A stretch of DNA of 64,000 bases from Myxococcota bacterium (GCA_022072125.1 JAJVIH010000018.1:27868-91867); one strand, 5' to 3'. Numbered from the stretch's first letter, positions 18,089-29,301 are shown. The notes: a model not told the origin generated them from the letters alone. Program-made: numbers and translations.

Positions 18089-21000
18089 ATGATCGTCCGA
18101 ATGAATCGCACTGTTTTCCCCCGGGCCGCGCTGGCGCTTTTCACCAGCGCGCTCGCCTTGTTGACCGCTTGCGGCGAAGACGCCCTGCCCGAGGGCGCCA
18201 TCACCCGAAAACCCGACGCCGCGACTCCCTTCGATTCCAACCCCTTCCTGTGCACCACCAACCTGGAATGCACTCCCGGGCAGGAATGCATCAATGGCCA
18301 GTGTGTGCTGCAGGAAATCCCCCCTCACGACGCCGGTGAAACCGATGCAGGCAAGACCGACGCTGCGCCAGCCGATGGCGGCGGCGGTGATTCCGGCGGC
18401 GCGGAGTCCTGCACGAAACGCGATGATTGCCCGGGCGGCCATATCTGCTTCGGCGGCAAATGCATTCCCGATCCCAACGCCCCCGACAGCGGACCTGGCG
18501 ACTCCGGCGGCGATGCGGGCGACACAGGAGACGCCCAAAGCTCCTCCGATCCGGATATTGACCTGGACCTGACGCCGTCGGGTGGAAAATACGTCATTGA
18601 TTTTGGTCCGGTCGTGGTGGGCGCGCCGGTTTCCCGCACCTTCACGGTGACCAACAAGGGCCTGGGCGAACTGAAAATCCTGTCGCTGGTGATCAGCAAG
18701 GGCATTGCGGCGGGCTTCGCCTTCAAGACCAACCCGGTCGTTCCCAAGAGCATCCAGGCAGGCAATTCGTGGACCTATGAAGTGGTGTTCTCCGCCGCCA
18801 ATGCCGATCCGGCGGAAGGCGCCATCACCCTGGCCAGCAATGACCCGGACGAAGGAACGCTGGAGATACAGCTCACCACCACGGTGAAAGGGAAAGCCAA
18901 GGCGCAGGCCGAGCCCGCCGAACTGGACTTCGGTGAAATCCGCGTGGGCGTGACCGCGGAACGCACGGTCAAAATCAAAAACGCGACCGATGGCGACGCG
19001 GTCCTGCGCATTGACGGCCTGGCGGCCAAATCCGCCGGGGTTTTCGCCTGGGTTCCGGACGCCAGCCGCAAATTCCCGATCTTCCTGAATCCCAATGAAC
19101 AACGCGAGTTCAAGGTATCGTACGCGCCCAAGACCGCGGGCCAGAGCACGGACAGCATCCAGGTCAACACCAACGGCGAACCGGCGGCGCTGGATATCCC
19201 CGTCAAGGGCAACGCGGTTTCCAGCGCGCTGAAGATTGATCCTTCCCCGGTGGACCTGGGCGAAGTGGCTGTCGGTGCGGCGGCGGAGAAGGAAGTCACG
19301 CTGAGCAACGACGGCGCCGCTGAACTGCGGGTGACCGCGCTGGCTATCGCCAAAAGCACGGAGTTCAAGCTGGTGTCGCCGCCCGCGCTGCCGCTCAAGC
19401 TGACCGCGAAGGGAACCAAGGACGCGGAGGCCAGGCTGCGCATCAGCTTCACGCCCGCCAAAGCCGGCTCGTTCGAGGCGGAGTTACGCATCGAAAACGA
19501 CGGCCCCACCTCGCCCAACACCGTCAAGGTGATCGGCAAGGCCATCAGCCCGCCGAAGATGGAACTGTCGAGCAACGCCCTGCAGTTCGGCAACGTGGCC
19601 ATCGGAAGCAAGAAACTGGTGGAATTCCGGGTGTCCAACAAGGGCGGCAGCCCGCTGGAGGTTGCTTCCGTCAAGGGCAAGGTCAACGCGGCCGACCAGC
19701 CCTTCTCGTGGACGCCGCGCGGACCGTTCACCGTCGCACCCGCCGCGTCCGTGACCATTCAGGCCGCGTTTGAGCCGAAATCGAAGGGCGCGGTGACGGA
19801 AATCCTGGAGTTCGAGGCCAACGACCCGCAGTCGGCCAGTCTCACGGTCACCATGATCGGCGCGGGCGCCGAGCCGGATATCCGCGTATCGCCGTCGAGC
19901 GTGGACCTGGTGAGCGGCGTGGGTTCCAGCAAGACCGGCGAGATCACCATCCGCAATGTGGGCGACGCCCCCTTGACCATCCGCTCGGTGAAACTGACCG
20001 GAGCCGACTGCGCCGAGTTCAGCTTCGCCGAGAAGCCCACCGACGGCAGCGTGCTGGCGGCGGGCGCCTCGTTCTCCGTCAAGGTGACCTACCGGCCCAC
20101 GAACACCCAGGACGATTCCTGCAACGTGGATATCGAAAGCAACGACACGGACGCCTCCACGGTCCGGGTGGCGCTCTCCGGCAAGGGGGCGGCCCCGGAA
20201 ATCGAGGTGAAACCGGCGGAGTTGAAATTCGGCAATGTCAATGTGGGAACCACCAGCGCGCCGCAGGACATCACCATCAACAACCTGGGCAACGCCACGC
20301 TGAGCCTGCAAACGGTCACCACCACGGGAAGTTGCGCCAACTTCACCCGCACCAGCCCGGGAACCAGCGTGAACGCGGGGGCCAGCGCGAAAATCACGGT
20401 GACCTACAAGCCCGTCTCGGCGATTACCGAGACATGCTTCCTCAATATCCGCAGCAACGACGCCGACGAACCGCAGGTGATTGTCCAGGTCAATGGCGCG
20501 GGCGTCACTTCCGGCGTCAACGTCAATCCGGCGAGCATTGATTTCGGCACCGTGCCGCTGACCACCACGCGGGAGATCGCGTTTGAAATCCAGAACACCG
20601 GCGGAGCCACGCTGACGGTCAGTTCCATCACCAGTTCCTGCACGGAAGTGACAGTGGCCGAGCCGCCCACGGCTCCCATTCCGCCAGCGGGCAAACACTC
20701 CTCCAAGGCCGTATTTGATCCGGCGGGCAAGGCCGTGGACCTGACCGCCAAGGCCTGCAAACTGACCATCAACAACGACTCCGCGGTCAGCAAGAAAGAT
20801 GTGCCCGTGCGCGGGCGCTCCAGCGACAACAAGCCGGAGGCGCGCATCCAGGTGGGAACCACCCTGCTGGATCCGAATTTCGTATACATCGTGCCGTTCA
20901 ACGACACGCTGAAGATTGACGGGTCGAGAAGCATCGCCCAGGGCGGGGCCTCCATCGCATCCTACGCCTGGAAAATCCTCGAACAACCGGCGGGCGGGAC

Positions 21001-21718
21001 CAAAACCCCTGGAACCGGCGCAAGCTGGGACCTGAAATTCGATCTGTACGGAACGTACCGCGTCGAACTGGTGGTCACCGACAGCAACGGGCAGGCCAGC
21101 GCGCCCACGGTGGTCTCTTTCTTTGTGCAGTCCACGGTGCTGCTGGACCTGACCTACGAAAACATCGCCTCCAACGACGCCGACAAGCGGGATGTGCAAA
21201 TGGCCTTCTACCATCCTGGCATCGCCGGCAACGCCAGCAGCAGCAGCCGCTGCCATTACGGCAACCAGAAGCCCAACTGGGGCGACTACGGCTGGTCGCA
21301 GGGAACAACCACCTGGCCGTTCTACGCCATTCCCGCCAACGGAGCGGAGCGGATTGAATATAAATCCGTTCCGGCCAGCGGGGCCCAGACCTTCAAGATC
21401 CGTTCGCGGTACATGGAAGACTGCAAGGACTACTACGAAAGCGTGATCTTTGGCCCCACCTGCTTTGATCATGAGCCGTCGAAAACCACCACGGTCATCA
21501 AGATCAACGGGGTGGAAAAGGGCGTGTGCTGCCGGAAGTTTGATCAACTCACCGGCGACGACAATCTTGATCTCGCTCCCGCGGGTCCGTATGTGGATAT
21601 CGCGGACGTTGTGATCGAAAATGGCGTATTCAAATCGGTGACCTGCGCGGCCGGTTCCGTGCAGTTCGCCACCACCACCGCGGCGAAAAACTCTGGAAAT
21701 GCTGCCTGCAAATTCTAA
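18089..21718 (+). CDS. Surface lipoprotein with Cys-rich repeats, seven choice-of-anchor D / ASH-like Ig repeats and a PKD-like domain
   Basis: Lipobox 'LTAC'; two C-x5-C-x5-C-x4-C repeats; seven 'DFG.V..G...N.G...L...SND' repeats; 'DGSRS...YAW...[11 protein letters not shown]'. Confidence 0.85.
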   Translation: MIVRMNRTVFPRAALALFTSALALLTACGEDALPEGAITRKPDAATPFDSNPFLCTTNLECTPGQECINGQCVLQEIPPHDAGETDAGKTDAAPADGGGGDSGGAESCTKRDDCPGGHICFGGKCIPDPNAPDSGPGDSGGDAGDTGDAQSSSDPDIDLDLTPSGGKYVIDFGPVVVGAPVSRTFTVTNKGLGELKILSLVISKGIAAGFAFKTNPVVPKSIQAGNSWTYEVVFSAANADPAEGAITLASNDPDEGTLEIQLTTTVKGKAKAQAEPAELDFGEIRVGVTAERTVKIKNATDGDAVLRIDGLAAKSAGVFAWVPDASRKFPIFLNPNEQREFKVSYAPKTAGQSTDSIQVNTNGEPAALDIPVKGNAVSSALKIDPSPVDLGEVAVGAAAEKEVTLSNDGAAELRVTALAIAKSTEFKLVSPPALPLKLTAKGTKDAEARLRISFTPAKAGSFEAELRIENDGPTSPNTVKVIGKAISPPKMELSSNALQFGNVAIGSKKLVEFRVSNKGGSPLEVASVKGKVNAADQPFSWTPRGPFTVAPAASVTIQAAFEPKSKGAVTEILEFEANDPQSASLTVTMIGAGAEPDIRVSPSSVDLVSGVGSSKTGEITIRNVGDAPLTIRSVKLTGADCAEFSFAEKPTDGSVLAAGASFSVKVTYRPTNTQDDSCNVDIESNDTDASTVRVALSGKGAAPEIEVKPAELKFGNVNVGTTSAPQDITINNLGNATLSLQTVTTTGSCANFTRTSPGTSVNAGASAKITVTYKPVSAITETCFLNIRSNDADEPQVIVQVNGAGVTSGVNVNPASIDFGTVPLTTTREIAFEIQNTGGATLTVSSITSSCTEVTVAEPPTAPIPPAGKHSSKAVFDPAGKAVDLTAKACKLTINNDSAVSKKDVPVRGRSSDNKPEARIQVGTTLLDPNFVYIVPFNDTLKIDGSRSIAQGGASIASYAWKILEQPAGGTKTPGTGASWDLKFDLYGTYRVELVVTDSNGQASAPTVVSFFVQSTVLLDLTYENIASNDADKRDVQMAFYHPGIAGNASSSSRCHYGNQKPNWGDYGWSQGTTTWPFYAIPANGAERIEYKSVPASGAQTFKIRSRYMEDCKDYYESVIFGPTCFDHEPSKTTTVIKINGVEKGVCCRKFDQLTGDDNLDLAPAGPYVDIADVVIENGVFKSVTCAAGSVQFATTTAAKNSGNAACKF

Positions 21719-22139
21719 TCCCCCGGTCAAGGTCCTGACTGACTATCTCTGGTTCAACACGCGCCGGCGGCGTGAGTTGATCAACATCACCGAGATGGTC
21801 AGCGAACTGGTGGAGCGCAGCGGCATCCAGGAGGGTTTCGTGCTGGTGTCGGCGATGCACATCACCGCGGGGGTGTACATCAACGACCACGAGCCGGGTC
21901 TGTGGGAGGATATCGAGGAATGGCTGGAAAAACTGGCCCCTTCGGGCATCGCCTACAAGCATCACCAGACCGGCGAGGACAACGGCGACGCCCACCTGAA
22001 GAACCTGCTGATTGGCCACGAGGTCACCGTACCCATCACCAAGGGCGTGCTTGACCTGGGGCCCTGGCAGCAGATTTTCTACGCCGAGTTTGACGGCTGC
22101 CGGAAGAAGCGCGTCATCATCAAGGCGATGGGAATCTGA
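21699..22139 (+). CDS. yjbQ: YjbQ (UPF0047) family, secondary thiamine-phosphate synthase
   Basis: 'HITAG...IND.E', 'NGDAHLK', '[16 protein letters not shown]'. Confidence 0.88.
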   Translation: MLPANSNPPVKVLTDYLWFNTRRRRELINITEMVSELVERSGIQEGFVLVSAMHITAGVYINDHEPGLWEDIEEWLEKLAPSGIAYKHHQTGEDNGDAHLKNLLIGHEVTVPITKGVLDLGPWQQIFYAEFDGCRKKRVIIKAMGI

Positions 22140-23323
22140 TGCCGCTCGCCCAGCTTCTCACCTGGACCTGGGCGGTTTACGCCCTGTCGCTGATCCTGGC
22201 CTTCCTGATTACTTATTACACAACGCCGATTTTCCGCAGCGCCGCCATCAAATTCGGCATCGTGGACCGCCCGAGCACGCCGCTGAAAACCCAGCGCGAG
22301 CCGGTTCCCTACCTGGGGGGGCTGGCGATTTACGCCGGGGTGCTGACCACCGCGGCGGTCACTTACGAACTGAACCAGGAGGTGCTGGGGATATTCCTCT
22401 CCGGCACCATGATCCTGCTGCTGGGTTTGGTGGATGACTTCGGCGTGCTGACGCCCAAGGTCAAGCTTGCGGGCCAAATCATCGCCACCGCGTTCATGGT
22501 GCGGTCCGGCGTGTTCATCAAGCTGGAGATGCTGCCGCAATGGGCCGCCATCGCGCTGACCTTTCTCTGGGTGGTGGGTCTGACCAACGCCATCAACCTG
22601 ATTGATATCATGGACGGTCTATCCAGTTCGGTGGCGGCGGCGGCCTCGCTGGCGCTGTTCAGCTTCGCGCTGTACTGCAACCGGCAGATGGTGGCCGTGC
22701 TGGCGTTGGCGGTCGCCGGGGCCGCGCTGGGCTTCTTCATGCACAACAAGCAGCCGGCGCGCATCTACATGGGAGACACCGGCAGCCTGTTTCTCGGCTT
22801 CATGCTGGCGGCGCTGGCCATGAACAATTCCTATACCCGCAACAACGTGGCGGCGGCCATCGCGCCTGCGCTGGTGCTGGCGGTTCCGATCTTCGACACC
22901 ACGCTGGTCAGCGTCATCCGCTTTCTCAAGGGCAAGCCGATCATGCACGGCAGCCCCGATCATTATGCGCTGCGCCTGAAAAAGCTGGGACTGACTCCTC
23001 CCCAGGTGGGGCTGGTCAGCGTGCTCGCCACCCTGATCACCTCGGCGATGGCATGGTGGATGGTGATCACCCCATCCCTGATGGCCGCATGGCTGATCGG
23101 CGGCGGAACCCTGGCGGCGCTGCTTGCCGTGGGGGTGCTCATCGCCCGGGTGGAGATGCCCGGGCCGCCGCCGGCGAAAACCCAGGATCACAACCTCGCC
23201 GATGTGGAACGCCGCGAACAGGCCCTGGGGAAATCCACGGCGGCGGCCGGCCAGGAATCCGCTTCTCCGCCCGCCGCGGAAGAATCCGCCGCCTCCCATA
23301 CCCCCCACGCTCCAGGGCAGTAG
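22139..23323 (+). CDS. MraY/WecA/TagO-family polyprenyl-phosphate sugar-1-phosphate transferase
   Basis: 'PYLGGLAI', 'GLVDD', 'NAINLIDIMDGL', 'YMGDTGS', 'PIFDT', many TM helices. Confidence 0.88.
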   Translation: MPLAQLLTWTWAVYALSLILAFLITYYTTPIFRSAAIKFGIVDRPSTPLKTQREPVPYLGGLAIYAGVLTTAAVTYELNQEVLGIFLSGTMILLLGLVDDFGVLTPKVKLAGQIIATAFMVRSGVFIKLEMLPQWAAIALTFLWVVGLTNAINLIDIMDGLSSSVAAAASLALFSFALYCNRQMVAVLALAVAGAALGFFMHNKQPARIYMGDTGSLFLGFMLAALAMNNSYTRNNVAAAIAPALVLAVPIFDTTLVSVIRFLKGKPIMHGSPDHYALRLKKLGLTPPQVGLVSVLATLITSAMAWWMVITPSLMAAWLIGGGTLAALLAVGVLIARVEMPGPPPAKTQDHNLADVERREQALGKSTAAAGQESASPPAAEESAASHTPHAPGQ

Positions 23324-23418
23324 AAACAGCGGCTGTTTTCCTGACAAGGACAACAGGCCGGAACCTTCGCCCAGACCGGCGGAAGCCGTTCGCGTGAAAT
23401 GCCGGGCCAGGGGGATGA

Positions 23419-23829
23419 TCAGAAATTCTTGGGCCCCTGGCGCAGGCATTCGTCAATCGCCACGCGCACTTCCGGCGTGATATTCATCAACTCCACCCCC
23501 ATGCCGGATTGATCCAGTTCCGCGCCTGATCGCACCCAGCGGACAACGCCGCTGATCTGAATCGGCGTCTCCAGATTGGGAAAATGCATCGCCAGATCCA
23601 GTTCGCTGCCCACCGGCAGGGGCTTGCCGGTCTTGATGAACACGCCGCCCGTGGACAGGTTCAACACCGAAGCGGAGGCGTACACGTAGGTCGTGCGCAG
23701 TTCGACCTTCATATGCACTTCCACCCGTGAAAATTTGCGTTTGTCCGGTTCCTGCGGCGTGAAGCTGGAGGAGCGTTTCTTCTTTGGTTCCTGCTGATCC
23801 GTTTTCTGGTCTTGTTGGTCGGAACTCAT
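23419..23829 (-). CDS. PilZ domain protein (myxobacterial stand-alone type)
   Basis: 'KRKFSR' (RxxxR) and 'NLSTGG' (N/DxSxxG), 'GVVRWVR', 'GMGVE'; start at ATG 23829. Confidence 0.85.
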   Translation of the reverse strand: MSSDQQDQKTDQQEPKKKRSSSFTPQEPDKRKFSRVEVHMKVELRTTYVYASASVLNLSTGGVFIKTGKPLPVGSELDLAMHFPNLETPIQISGVVRWVRSGAELDQSGMGVELMNITPEVRVAIDECLRQGPKNF

Positions 23830-24079
23830 GGGACCCCCCTTTTCACGTGGAACCCGCTGGCTGCTGAAACCATGATTATCCCGGCCAGCGCGGTTTTTCA
23901 AACCCCTGCCCCGCACGCGGCTTTCGCCGGTGGACGGATGACGCTGGAACAGCGCCTGGAACGGGCGCTTCCACGGCGGAAGCAGGGATGGGAAGATCGC
24001 GGAAGCTCCAGGGATTGAAGTCAAGCGGGCCGCGAAATTCACCGGCTGGAAAATGGATCGGCCGCGGTTGCGGCGGGAA

Positions 24080-24631
24080 TTACGCCTGGCGCCATTTGAT
24101 GGTGCAACCGACCGGCGTGGTCTGACGCACGCCGGGAGCATGGCCCGCCAACACCGCATCCAGGGCGTTGCGCAGATCGGGGCTCTTCACCGAGCCGGGC
24201 TCGTAGGTCGAGTCGTCAATCCGGCCGTGGTAGACGAGCTTGCGCTTGCGGTCGAAGACAAACACTTCCGGCGTGAAGCGTGCGCCGTAGGCGTGGGCGG
24301 TCTCCTGGCTGGCGTCGTGGACATAGGGGAAATTGAAGCCGCGCTCCTTCGCACGCCGTTTCATGTTGTCAAACGAATCTTCCGGATAGCGGCTGTCATC
24401 GTTGGCGTTGATGGCGATCAGGCGCACGCCCTTGTCCTGATAATCCGCCTGGATTTGCACCATGCGCTCTTCGTAGGCTTTCACATAGGGGCAATGGTTG
24501 CAGGAGAAAATGACCACCAGCACAGGCGCGCCGGCGAAGCTGTCGAGGGAGTAGCGGGCGCCGTCCACGCCGGGCAGGTCGAACGGCGGCGCTTCCGCGC
24601 CGGGAATCAGGACGGGATTTTTCGGATTCAC
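24080..24631 (-). CDS. Thioredoxin-family (AhpC/TSA-like) protein
   Basis: 'CNHCPYV', 'DSF..MK', 'TPEVF', 'YHGRIDD', 'GCTIKW'; GTG start after GGAGG. Confidence 0.88.
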   Translation of the reverse strand: MNPKNPVLIPGAEAPPFDLPGVDGARYSLDSFAGAPVLVVIFSCNHCPYVKAYEERMVQIQADYQDKGVRLIAINANDDSRYPEDSFDNMKRRAKERGFNFPYVHDASQETAHAYGARFTPEVFVFDRKRKLVYHGRIDDSTYEPGSVKSPDLRNALDAVLAGHAPGVRQTTPVGCTIKWRQA

Positions 24632-24654
24632 AGGCGTGCTCCTCCGTCGAATGG

Positions 24655-26001
24655 TCAGGCGGACAGGATATTCCATTTTTCCAGATGCCGTCCGATCAGG
24701 TTGCGAATTTCGCCGCTGTCCGCGGAACAGTTCACGGGAAGGTTGGCGTGACGCGCCTCCACCCCCGCGATTTGTCCCTGATGATACGCCAGTTTCGAGT
24801 CGGAGAATTTCAACCCGCTCGCGGTGCTGACGACCACCACGCGGTGCTCCGGACGGATGGTCTTCGCGGCGGCCAGTTTCTCCAGCGCGGCCAGGGCCAC
24901 GCCCGTGTGCGGACAGTTGAACATGCCTGTGCGGTCCGCGCGCGCCGCCGCGTTCGCCAGTTCGGATTCGCTGGCCTGTTCGACCACGCCGTCAAACTCG
25001 CGCAACACCTTGATGGCGCGGTGAACGCTCACTGGGTTGCCGATCTGGATGGCGCTCGCCAGCGTGGTCTGGGCGGGAACCGCCTCAAAACGCTCAAAGC
25101 CGCCGAGAAACGCCCGGTAAAGCGGATTGGCGCGCTCCGCCTGCGCCACGCAGATGCGCGGCAGCCGCGTGATGAGCCCGAGATCGCGCATCAGCAGAAA
25201 CCCCGCGCCCAGCGCCGAGACATTGCCCAGGTTGCCGCCGGGGATGATCACCCAATCGGGAACCTGCCAGTCGAATTGCTGCGCGATCTCGACGCTGATG
25301 GTCTTCTGTCCCTCCAGGCGCAGGGAGTTCATGGAATTGGCGAGGTAGATGCTCTCGTCGCGGGTCAGTTCCTGCACCACCTTCATGCAGCCGTCGAAGT
25401 CGGTGTCCAGGCTGATCACCAAGGCGCCGTTGGCCAGCGGCTGCAACAACTGGGCGTTGGAGACCTTGTTGCGCGGCAGCAGCACGATCGCCGGAATGCC
25501 CGCGGCGGCGCAGTAGGAGGCGAGGCTGGCGGAAGTATCGCCGGTCGAGGCGCAGGCCACCGCGCGGATGGGAATCCCGTTGTTTCGCATCTGTTTGACC
25601 GCGCTGACCAGAACGGTCATGCCCAGGTCCTTGAACGAGCCGGTATGGGAAAGCCCGCTCTGCTTGATCCAGAGATCTTCAATCCCGATGGTGCGGCCGT
25701 GGCGTTCCGCCCAGTACAGGTTGGTGTTGCCCTCGAAGGTGGAGACGATGTTGTCGTCGTTGATCTGCGGCAGCACCCATTCCTTCTTGCTCCAAACCCC
25801 CGATCCATAGGGCCAGGCGGTGCGTCCGGCCCGCCCGTCGAACAGGTTCATCCAGGCGGCCGCGCTGCGATCGCGCAGGGCGGAAGGATCATGTTTGACT
25901 TCCAGTAACGAACTGCAGGTTGGACAGCGGTAAATGACCTCAAACGGGGAGTACTGCCCGGAGCACCCGTTCACACACTGGAACCACGCATGGTAGGCCA
26001 A
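24655..26001 (-). CDS. thrC: Threonine synthase
   Basis: '[10 protein letters not shown]', '[10 protein letters not shown]', '[13 protein letters not shown]', 'PGGNLGN', 'CPHTGVA'; TTG start after AGGAG. Confidence 0.92.
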   Translation of the reverse strand: MAYHAWFQCVNGCSGQYSPFEVIYRCPTCSSLLEVKHDPSALRDRSAAAWMNLFDGRAGRTAWPYGSGVWSKKEWVLPQINDDNIVSTFEGNTNLYWAERHGRTIGIEDLWIKQSGLSHTGSFKDLGMTVLVSAVKQMRNNGIPIRAVACASTGDTSASLASYCAAAGIPAIVLLPRNKVSNAQLLQPLANGALVISLDTDFDGCMKVVQELTRDESIYLANSMNSLRLEGQKTISVEIAQQFDWQVPDWVIIPGGNLGNVSALGAGFLLMRDLGLITRLPRICVAQAERANPLYRAFLGGFERFEAVPAQTTLASAIQIGNPVSVHRAIKVLREFDGVVEQASESELANAAARADRTGMFNCPHTGVALAALEKLAAAKTIRPEHRVVVVSTASGLKFSDSKLAYHQGQIAGVEARHANLPVNCSADSGEIRNLIGRHLEKWNILSA

Positions 26002-26193
26002 AACTGATTCTCCTGTGGGTCCGCCCGCGAAACGCGAACCGGCGAAAGGAATATCCCCACGCCGCACGGCAGGTCAATGGCGGGACAATACCCCCGGTTT
26101 TCCAGCGGGATGCGTCCCGCCAGGCGCGGGCCTCCCACGCGATCAATTCCATCCGCGGCGGGTGGGGAAACGGCCGGCTCCCTTCAACGCGGA

Positions 26194-26832
26194 TTAGTGC
26201 TTGCCCTTGCGCGGATCGGGTTTGGCCTGCTTCGCGGGCCCGTCTTCCTCTTCGTCATCATTGTCCGCATCGTCATCGCCGTCATCATTGTCCGAGTCAT
26301 CATCGTCGAAATCGTCCTCGTCCTCGCCATCCAAATCATCATCCTCGTCATCATCGGAATCGTCGTCCCACTCGTCGCCGTCTTCCGTATCGTCATTGTC
26401 CCCGGCGTCCTGCAAGCCCAACTCTTTCATGGCCTCCTGCACGTACTCGTCAAATTCGCCGTACATGTCCTCGACGCCTTCAATGAAGGTCGCGCCATCC
26501 AGGTCCGATGGTTCGAGAGAGACCACTTCGAGCATGTCGAAGCCCTCCTCGAAGCTGTCCTTGTCAACGCGGTGCTGATGCAGGACAAAGCAGTGGCCCG
26601 CGTACTCGCCGGACGCCATCACGTCCATGGTCATCATGTCCTCCGGCTCTTCGCCTTCCTCTGCCAGAAAAGCCTCGATGCTTTGCACCAAGTAGTCCGG
26701 TTTGCCGGAAGGATCATCCCCTTCCGCCACGCCGACAATCACGCCCTTCATCACCAGGGGGCCGGAGCCTTCCTCCGGAATTTTGGCGGTGAGTTCCACA
26801 ATCGTTCCCAGCTCCATATCCTGAGTCGCCAT
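26194..26832 (-). CDS. Highly acidic hypothetical protein with D/E-rich tail
   Basis: 212-aa ORF with typical codon usage; ~55-residue D/E tract; short basic C-terminus. Confidence 0.7.
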   Translation of the reverse strand: MATQDMELGTIVELTAKIPEEGSGPLVMKGVIVGVAEGDDPSGKPDYLVQSIEAFLAEEGEEPEDMMTMDVMASGEYAGHCFVLHQHRVDKDSFEEGFDMLEVVSLEPSDLDGATFIEGVEDMYGEFDEYVQEAMKELGLQDAGDNDDTEDGDEWDDDSDDDEDDDLDGEDEDDFDDDDSDNDDGDDDADNDDEEEDGPAKQAKPDPRKGKH

Positions 26833-26907
26833 GACGGACCTTTCCTGTAATGGGTGGAGAAACCGGCGGCATCATGGCACAACCCGGCCGCAAAGGACAG
26901 GGAAAAA

Positions 26908-26957
26908 CAGGTGAAACTCCCTGCTTCCCTGTTTGGGGAGCAGATGGAGTTCACCTG
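26908..26957. other. Long imperfect inverted repeat in divergent intergenic region
   Basis: caggtgaa(a)ctcc-ctgcttccc / ggggagcag-(at)-ggagttcacctg with tgttt loop. Confidence 0.6.
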
Positions 26958-27109
26958 AATTGGGTAGCGGGAACGGGCTTCGCGCCCCCCCGCCTGCGGC
27001 GGCGTTCTCTTCCCGATCGCCGCGGACCCACTCCCGGCCCCTCTCCATTGCCCGCCCAACAGGGGGGGATCGATTCGCTCCCGCTCACCCGGCCGCGATT
27101 CGCCACTCC

Positions 27110-27139
27110 CCTCTCCCGCGCCGCAAGGCGCGGGAGAGG
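27110..27139. repeat. REP-like perfect hairpin with GCAA tetraloop
   Basis: cctctcccgcgcc-gcaa-ggcgcgggagagg, 13-bp stem, no U tract. Confidence 0.6.
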
Positions 27140-27160
27140 ATCCAGACCAACCAGGAGCTT

Positions 27161-27189
27161 TTGACTCGCATCCGGCGGGCCGATAGTGT
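27161..27189 (+). promoter_or_regulatory. Candidate sigma-70 promoter of ilvA
   Basis: TTGACT-N17-TAGTGT about 50 nt upstream of ATG 27240. Confidence 0.45.
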
Positions 27190-27239
27190 GCGCCCGCCTT
27201 GGCGGCAGGTCCATAACCACCGCCGGAAAGTCCAGGTTC

Positions 27240-28505
27240 ATGAGCACCGGAATTCAGGTCACCATCCACGATATCGAGCAGGCCCGCGAGCGCATCAAGG
27301 ACGCCATTTTCGTCACACCATGCGCCTTTTCGCAGTCACTCTCCAACCTCACGGGATGCAAGGTCTACTGCAAGCTGGAAAACCTGCAGATGACCGGTTC
27401 ATTCAAGGAACGCGGGGCGCTCAACAAACTGCTGCGCCTGACGCAGGAGGAAAAAGCCGCGGGCGTCATCGCCTCCAGCGCCGGCAACCATGCGCAGGGG
27501 CTGGCCTACCACGCCACGCGCCTGGGCATCGCCGCCACCATCGTCATGCCGGAGGCCACCCCCATCGTGAAGGTGACCGCCACCCGCGGCTACGGCGGCA
27601 ATGTGGTGCTCAAGGGCAACAGCTACGACGAGGCCTTCGCCCATGCCTGCCTGCTGCAGAAGGAGCACGGATACACCTTCGTGCATCCGTTCAATGACCC
27701 GTTGATTGTCGCGGGACAAGGCACCATGGGGCTGGAACTGCTGGAACAGAATCCCTACCTGGATTCCGTGGTGGTCCCCATTGGCGGCGGCGGGATGATT
27801 TCCGGCGTCGCCATCGCGCTGAAGGAGACCAACCCGAAAATCCGCATCATCGGCGTCGAGACCGAATCCGTGCCCTCCATGAAGGAAGCGATGAAAAAGG
27901 GCGAGCCCGTCGAGGTGCCCGCCGCGCGCAGCATCGCCGATGGCATCGCGGTGCGCCGCGCCGGGGATGTGACGCTGCCGATTGTCCGCAAGTACGTGGA
28001 CGATATCGTCACCGTTTCGGAAGAAGAAACCGCGAACGCGGTCATGGTGCTGCTGGAACGGGAGAAGACCCTGGTGGAAGGAGCGGGAGCCGTGCCGCTG
28101 GCGGCGCTGCTCAACAACAAGGTCAACCTGAAGGGCCGCAAGGTCGCGCTGGTGTTGTCCGGCGGCAATATTGACGTGAACGTGCTCTCGCGCATCATCG
28201 AGCGCGGTCTGGTCAAGGACGGCCGCCTCGCCAAATTGAGCGTGACTATCTCCGACACGCCCGGATCGCTGGCCAGCCTGACCGCCGTGATCGGCACGCT
28301 GCGGGCCAACATCATGGAGATTTACCACAACCGGGCGTTTTCCGAAGCCAACCTGGGCGAAACGATTGTGGACCTGACCATCGAGACCCGCGGCCACGAA
28401 CATGTATCGGAAATCATCACGGCGCTGGAAGGGCGCGGCCTGAAAGTCACCATCGAAACGCCGCATCCGCGGCCGCTCCACCATACCCCGCATCATCCAT
28501 CGTGA
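27240..28505 (+). CDS. ilvA: Threonine ammonia-lyase (dehydratase) with C-terminal ACT domain
   Basis: 'KLENLQMTGSFKERGA', 'SAGNHAQG', 'PIGGGG', 'LSGGNID', ACT 'DTPGSLA'. Confidence 0.92.
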   Translation: MSTGIQVTIHDIEQARERIKDAIFVTPCAFSQSLSNLTGCKVYCKLENLQMTGSFKERGALNKLLRLTQEEKAAGVIASSAGNHAQGLAYHATRLGIAATIVMPEATPIVKVTATRGYGGNVVLKGNSYDEAFAHACLLQKEHGYTFVHPFNDPLIVAGQGTMGLELLEQNPYLDSVVVPIGGGGMISGVAIALKETNPKIRIIGVETESVPSMKEAMKKGEPVEVPAARSIADGIAVRRAGDVTLPIVRKYVDDIVTVSEEETANAVMVLLEREKTLVEGAGAVPLAALLNNKVNLKGRKVALVLSGGNIDVNVLSRIIERGLVKDGRLAKLSVTISDTPGSLASLTAVIGTLRANIMEIYHNRAFSEANLGETIVDLTIETRGHEHVSEIITALEGRGLKVTIETPHPRPLHHTPHHPS

Positions 28506-28599
28506 GGGTTCCACGGCGCCAGGGCGCGGCGGCGGTGTCTCCGCCCCGCTTCGCTATCCCTCGCGCGTGATCCGGCATCCCTCATGTTGGGGGATGAAA

Positions 28600-29301
28600 C
28601 TATTTCAGCCGGTCCGCGGCCTCTTTGAGTCTGGCGGAACAGCCGCTGGTGACCGGTTCCCCGTGGGCCACGATGACGGCTTTCCAGTCCTCGCGCCTTG
28701 ACTGATCCTCCAGCCACTGGCGGTAGCGGGCGCGATCCTGCAACAGAAACATTTTCCCAATCGGCGTCATGCCGAAGTATCCCACCACGCGCATGATATT
28801 GCGCTGGAACCAGTTGCCTTCCTTCAGGTGAAACAGGCAGTCGCACACCACCAGGGCCTTGCCGCCGTCCACATCCAGTTCGTAGGCCAGTTCGATGGGT
28901 TTGACGCCATCAATGGCGATGGCGCGCACGCCCATGCCGCCGTTCTTGAAAACATCCTCGCAATGACCATCCACCTGAACCACCTCGCGCACGAATTTGT
29001 CCGACCCCTTCGGGCACAGCACCCGGATATCCGGGTAGCGTTTCTTGTAGCGCGGCGCATCGAGCCGATGATAGCGGGTGGGAACAATCATGATGCTGGG
29101 CTTGCCCAGCTTTTCCATGGCCGCCATGGCTTCATCCGTCATGGCGATGGCGCTGTGGATGAGCAACCCGCCATCGCGCATGCGGTAGATCACCATATTG
29201 CGGGGCAGCGGCATGTTTTTCAGCGCGCCCGTCACCACCCACAGGTTGGATGCGAGGGGGGCGATGCCGCCATGCGGCGAAATTCCATCGGTCCAGGCCA
29301 T
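28600..29301 (-). CDS. DUF4336-family protein (MBL-like fold)
   Basis: 'RNMVIYRM.DGGLLIHSA', 'IVP...H', 'IVAHGEP'; GGAG RBS. Confidence 0.7.
   Translation of the reverse strand: MAWTDGISPHGGIAPLASNLWVVTGALKNMPLPRNMVIYRMRDGGLLIHSAIAMTDEAMAAMEKLGKPSIMIVPTRYHRLDAPRYKKRYPDIRVLCPKGSDKFVREVVQVDGHCEDVFKNGGMGVRAIAIDGVKPIELAYELDVDGGKALVVCDCLFHLKEGNWFQRNIMRVVGYFGMTPIGKMFLLQDRARYRQWLEDQSRREDWKAVIVAHGEPVTSGCSARLKEAADRLK

Noticed and set aside
26230-26410. Tandem-repeat or CRISPR-like periodic sequence (tcgtca/tcatc)
   Set aside because: It is the antisense of Asp/Glu codons in the acidic protein; there is no repeat-spacer structure and no cas gene
26875-26892. Sigma-54 promoter (TGGCAC)
   Set aside because: The -12 TTGC element is not at the required spacing
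24655-28505. Threonine attenuator or riboswitch linking thrC and ilvA
   Set aside because: No Thr/Ile-rich leader peptide or recognisable aptamer seen; the genes are divergent and separated by another gene
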